A stretch of 64,000 nt of DNA from NCBI RefSeq assembly GCF_056712565.1, contig NZ_CM160072.1; one strand, written 5' to 3'. The notes under the pieces were generated by a model, which saw only the letters and a program-made list of their open reading frames with translations, was not told the DNA's origin and made no database searches. The translations under genes and the position numbers were made by a program. Within the stretch, counting starts at the first letter, position 1. The number at the start of each line of letters is the position of its first letter. Shown in pieces: positions 59,174-64,000 of this stretch.

Positions 59174-59659
59174 ATGATGCTTGCTCTCGGAATGTTTGTG
59201 TTTGAACTTCGCACCCTGCCTTACCAGTCGATGCAGCATTCGAAAGATTATCGCTGGGTGTCCAATGACCGGGTGGGTAAACCACCTGCCTATCAGTTTC
59301 TTGGCGAGGGGGAAACCTCTATACAGCTTGCTGGTACGCTATACCCCGCTATCACTGGCGGTTGGATCTCACTAAAGGCTGTAGAGGTGATGGCCAATGA
59401 AGGCAGAGCGTGGCCGTTGATAGAGGGAACCGGAAATATCCTCGGGATGTATATCGTCGATAAAGTATCGACTACACGCACCGAGTTTTTCAGTGATGGT
59501 GCGGCCAGAAAGATTGATTTCACGCTTTCGCTAAAACGGGTTGATGAATCGCTGACAGAGATGTTTGGTGACCTGAATAAACAGGCCAGTGAGCTTCTCG
59601 GCTCTGCCGGTAATTTGACAGATAAACTGCAGGGTATGCCCGGAGGTTTCACTGCATGA
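59174..59659 (+). CDS. tail protein (gpU family)
   Basis: 161 aa. Confidence 0.8.
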   Translation: MMLALGMFVFELRTLPYQSMQHSKDYRWVSNDRVGKPPAYQFLGEGETSIQLAGTLYPAITGGWISLKAVEVMANEGRAWPLIEGTGNILGMYIVDKVSTTRTEFFSDGAARKIDFTLSLKRVDESLTEMFGDLNKQASELLGSAGNLTDKLQGMPGGFTA

Positions 59660-60825
59660 TAACGGGGATGGCAATTGACGCCGGTGCCAGCCTTGCACCG
59701 GCATTTATGTTGACGCTGAACAGCCAGGACATTACCAGCAATTTTAGTGACCGATTGATTTCTCTCACCATGACCGATAACCGGGGTTTTGAGGCTGACC
59801 AGCTCGATATTGAGCTTGATGATACCGACGGGAAAGTTGAGTTACCCCTGCGCGGGGCAGTGCTGACGCTGTGGCTTGGCTGGCAGGGCTCGGCGTTGCT
59901 GAATAAGGGGGATTTTACGGTCGATGAGATTGAGCACCGGGGAGCGCCTGACACCCTGACCATCCGGGCGCGCAGCGCGGACTTTCGCGGCACGCTAAAT
60001 TCCAGGCGTGAAGAGTCATGGCATGACACCACCATCGGAGAACTGGTCAGCACCATCGCAAAACGCAATAAACTGACGGCCAGTGTCGCTGATTCACTGA
60101 AAAAAATCCCGGTACCGCATATCGACCAGTCGCAGGAGTCCGACGCGGTGTTTCTGACCCGGCTAGCTGACCGAAACGGAGCTGCGGTGTCAGTGAAAGC
60201 GGGGAAATTGCTGTTTCTGAAAGCCGGTAGTGCGATGACGGCCAGCGGCAGACCCATCCCGCAAATGACGCTGACCCGTAGCAATGGTGACCGTCATCAA
60301 TTTGCTATTGCCGACCGTGGGGCTTATACCGGCGTAACGGCAAAATGGTTGCACACCAAAGACCCGAAGCCGCAAAAGCAAAAAGTGACGCTGAAACGCC
60401 AGCCAAAAGAGAAACACCTACGCGCACTGGAGCACCCGAAAGCAAAGCCTGTCAGCAAAAAGACAAAGGCCAAAAAAGAGCAGGAGGCTCGCGAGGGTGA
60501 GTATATGGCCGGTGAAGCCGATAACGTGCTGGCGCTGACAACGGTCTACGCATCAAAGGCGCAGGCGATGCGTGCCGCTCAGGCTAAGTGGGATAAACTG
60601 CAGCGAGGCGTTGCGGAGTTTTCAATCACACTGGCGCTAGGGCGAGCGGATTTATTTCCTGAGACGCCTGTACGTGTGTCGGGCTTTAAGCGCGTAATAG
60701 ACGAACAGGTATGGTTAATCAGTAAAGTAACTCACATTCTGAATAATAGTGGCTTCACGACGGGGTTAGAGCTTGAGGTTAAGCTATCTGATATAGAGTA
60801 CAGCTCAGAGGAAAGCGAAATATAA
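59656..60825 (+). CDS. late control / tail protein D (gpD family)
   Basis: 389 aa; overlapping start with U. Confidence 0.8.
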   Translation: MITGMAIDAGASLAPAFMLTLNSQDITSNFSDRLISLTMTDNRGFEADQLDIELDDTDGKVELPLRGAVLTLWLGWQGSALLNKGDFTVDEIEHRGAPDTLTIRARSADFRGTLNSRREESWHDTTIGELVSTIAKRNKLTASVADSLKKIPVPHIDQSQESDAVFLTRLADRNGAAVSVKAGKLLFLKAGSAMTASGRPIPQMTLTRSNGDRHQFAIADRGAYTGVTAKWLHTKDPKPQKQKVTLKRQPKEKHLRALEHPKAKPVSKKTKAKKEQEAREGEYMAGEADNVLALTTVYASKAQAMRAAQAKWDKLQRGVAEFSITLALGRADLFPETPVRVSGFKRVIDEQVWLISKVTHILNNSGFTTGLELEVKLSDIEYSSEESEI

Positions 60826-60900
60826 AAAAGCAAATCATAACTTGCAAATGCAATTTTAGAGTTTATTATTCCCTCAAACGCGCCAGCAGGGGGAAAAATT

Positions 60901-61119
60901 ATGATGCACTGCCCGTTATGCCAAAACGCCGCACATGCTCGTACTAGCCGGTACCTTAGCACCGAAACGAAAGAACGTTATCACCAATGCCAGAACATAA
61001 ATTGCGGATGTACATTTATCACTTTTGAGACGCTATCAAGATTCATTGTGAAACCGGGCACTGTTGATCCTGCTCCGCCACATCCCATCAGAAACCAACA
61101 ACAGCAACTTTGGCTTTGA
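60901..61119 (+). CDS. ogr: Ogr/Delta-type zinc-finger late transcription activator
   Basis: 72 aa; CPLCQ...-22 aa-...CQNINC zinc finger; terminator hairpin CCTGCTTCGGCAGG+T-run follows. Confidence 0.85.
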   Translation: MMHCPLCQNAAHARTSRYLSTETKERYHQCQNINCGCTFITFETLSRFIVKPGTVDPAPPHPIRNQQQQLWL

Positions 61120-61263
61120 ACCTGCTTCGGCAGGTTTTTTTATATCTGTCGCCATCGCGCCAATCTCTGCCGCCAATTTGCCGCCACCACCAATGAAAAA
61201 GGGGTTAGCAATTCGCTAACCCCTTGTTTCATAACACGCTTTGGATGTAGCGCGAAGACGTTA

Positions 61264-61614
<351 letters not shown>

Positions 61615-61652
61615 TTAATCTCTTATCCTGGGTAAACTGATATCTCGGGGGC

Positions 61653-62420
61653 TTACGCCATCCCATCATGTTTATGTTGCTGTTGTGCGTGTTCCGTTTT
61701 GAACTCCGCCAGCAACCTTGCTTGCTCTTCAGTCAGAGCCAGGTTTTCCAGAAGTTCAGGTCTTCTAAGCCAGGTACGGCCCAGCGACTGTTTCAAACGC
61801 CAGCGACGTATCTCGGCATGGTTACCCGACAGTAACACTGGCGGAACTTCCATCCCTTCTAACACCTCAGGCCGCGTATAGTGCGGGCAATCCAGCAATC
61901 CTTCAGCAAAGGAATCTTCCGTTGCCGAGGCTTCATGTCCCAGTACTCCCGGAATAAACCGGGAAACGGAGTCAATCAGCGTCATTGCTGGTAACTCACC
62001 ACCACTGAGAACGTAATCGCCGATTGACCATTCTTCGTCAATTTCGGTTTGGATCACGCGCTCATCTATACCTTCGTAGCGACCACACACCAGAATCAAT
62101 TTTTGATTCGTTGCCAGTTCGCTGACGCCCGCTTGATCAAGCTTGCGTCCCTGTGGTGACAGATAAATCACCTTTGCGCCTTCACCCGCCGCGGCTTTTG
62201 CTGCATGAATGGCGTCCCGCAAGGGTTGCACCATCATTAACATCCCCGGTCCGCCGCCGTAAGGACGATCGTCCACGGTACGGTGCCGGTCATGCGTGAA
62301 GTCGCGAGGACTCCAGCTCTGGATGCTCAGCAGGCCATTTTTAACTGCCCGGCCAGTTACCCCGTAATCGGTAATTGCGCGGAACATTTCAGGAAACAGG
62401 CTAATTATGCCAATCCACAT
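61653..62420 (-). CDS. trmD: tRNA (m1G37) methyltransferase
   Basis: 255 aa; [13 protein letters not shown]... Confidence 0.95.
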
Positions 62421-62450
62421 AGCGCCGTCTTTTACCGTTTATCCGGTGGT

Positions 62451-62999
62451 TTAAAAACCAGGATCCCAATCTACTTCGATTGAACGTGTAGTGAGATCGA
62501 CTTTCTTGATAACCTGCCCATCGAGGAACGGTACGAGACGTTCCTTGATACCAAACGCATCTTTCAGGTTTGCCTTAATGACGAGAACGTCATTAGATCC
62601 GGTTTCCATCATATCTACGACTTTACCGAGATCGTAGCCTTCAGTGGTTACTACCTGGCAGCCCATCAGGTCTTTCCAGTAGTAGTCCCCCTCTTCAAGC
62701 TGAGGCAACTGCGATGAATCCACGACAATTTCACAATTCGTCAGCAGGTTCGCCGCATCACGATCGTCAACGCCTTTCAGCTTGATGATCATGTCCTGAT
62801 TGTGGTGCTTCCAGCTTTCCAGCTGGACTTGCTGCCACTGACCCGCCTTCTGGATAAACCAGGGCTGATAGTCAAAAATGCTTTCGGCGTCTTCGGTGGA
62901 AGAAAACACTCTGAGCCACCCACGAATACCGTAAGACGACCCCATTTTTCCCAAAACGATGGGATCAACAGGTGCTTGCGCGGTGAGTTGTTTGCTCAT
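62451..62999 (-). CDS. rimM: 16S rRNA processing protein RimM
   Basis: Start trimmed to [20 protein letters not shown]... Confidence 0.9.
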
Positions 63000-63017
63000 C
63001 ATGACCACCGTGACAGA

Positions 63018-63344
<327 letters not shown>

Positions 63345-63402
63345 TTACTGATTTCTGGAGAAAATGCAATCAGCAGTTAATAACTCTATCGCATAAGGTC
63401 AT

Positions 63403-64000
63403 TTAGCGACCAGGAAATCCCGGCGGCATCATCCCTTTCATGCTTCTCATCATCTTCGCCATCCCGCCCTTTTTCATTTTCTTCATCATGCGCTGCATGT
63501 CGTCGAACTGTTTCAGAAGACGGTTAACGTCCTGCACCTGCATACCGCAACCGGCAGCGATACGACGCTTACGCGAACCTTTGATGATTTCTGGCTTAGC
63601 GCGCTCTTTCATCGTCATCGAGTTGATGATGGCTTCCATACGCACCAGCACTTTATCGTCCATCTGTGACTTGACGTTATCCGGGATCTGCCCCATGCCC
63701 GGCAGCTTGCCCATCAGGCTAGCCATGCCGCCCATATTTTTCATCTGGCGCAGCTGCTCAAGAAAGTCGTTGAGATCGAAGCCGTCGCCTTTTTTCAGCT
63801 TGCTGGCTAATTTCTCTGCCTGCGCGCGGTCAACCTTGCTTTCGATATCTTCGATCAGTGACAGTACGTCGCCCATGCCGAGAATACGGGAGGCAATACG
63901 GTCCGGATGGAATGGCTCCAGCGCCTCGGTTTTCTCGCCAACACCGAGGAACTTGATCGGTTTGCCAGTGATGTGACGAATAGAGAGCGCCGCACCGCCG
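63403..64000 (-). CDS. ffh: signal recognition particle protein Ffh, 3' portion (gene runs off window end)
   Basis: Met-rich M-domain (MGGMASLMGKLPGMG..., MKKMKKGGMAKMMRSMKGMMPPGFPGR); reading frame open to window edge. Confidence 0.9.
   Translation of the reverse strand, partial: GGAALSIRHITGKPIKFLGVGEKTEALEPFHPDRIASRILGMGDVLSLIEDIESKVDRAQAEKLASKLKKGDGFDLNDFLEQLRQMKNMGGMASLMGKLPGMGQIPDNVKSQMDDKVLVRMEAIINSMTMKERAKPEIIKGSRKRRIAAGCGMQVQDVNRLLKQFDDMQRMMKKMKKGGMAKMMRSMKGMMPPGFPGR

Overview
Escherichia coli chromosomal segment with a K-12-like backbone (yfiF'–trxC–tapT–patZ–pssA–yfiM–kgtP / rrnG operon / clpB–pgeF–rluD–bamD / raiA–pheLA–tyrA–aroF–yfiL–yfiR–dgcN–yfiB / rplS–trmD–rimM–rpsP–ffh'), interrupted by four mobile elements. 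(1) A frameshifted IS110-family element and (2) an adjacent 1431-bp IS3-family element, both between kgtP and the 5S gene. (3) A 1426-bp IS4 copy inserted in the bamD terminator hairpin with a 13-bp target duplication. (4) A ~31.4-kb 186/P2-like prophage (29905..61278) integrated at the 3' end of rplS, flanked by a 13-bp direct repeat. The prophage has a complete, syntenic late gene set and a 186-type switch. It carries three AT-rich cargo loci that are the best candidates for an undescribed system: a 313-aa unknown protein and a 334-aa HExxH-motif protein on either side of cos, and a 4-TM membrane protein plus HIT-motif protein operon inserted between tail genes S and V. All calls rest on reading the ORF translations and DNA by eye against remembered protein families; no searches were run.
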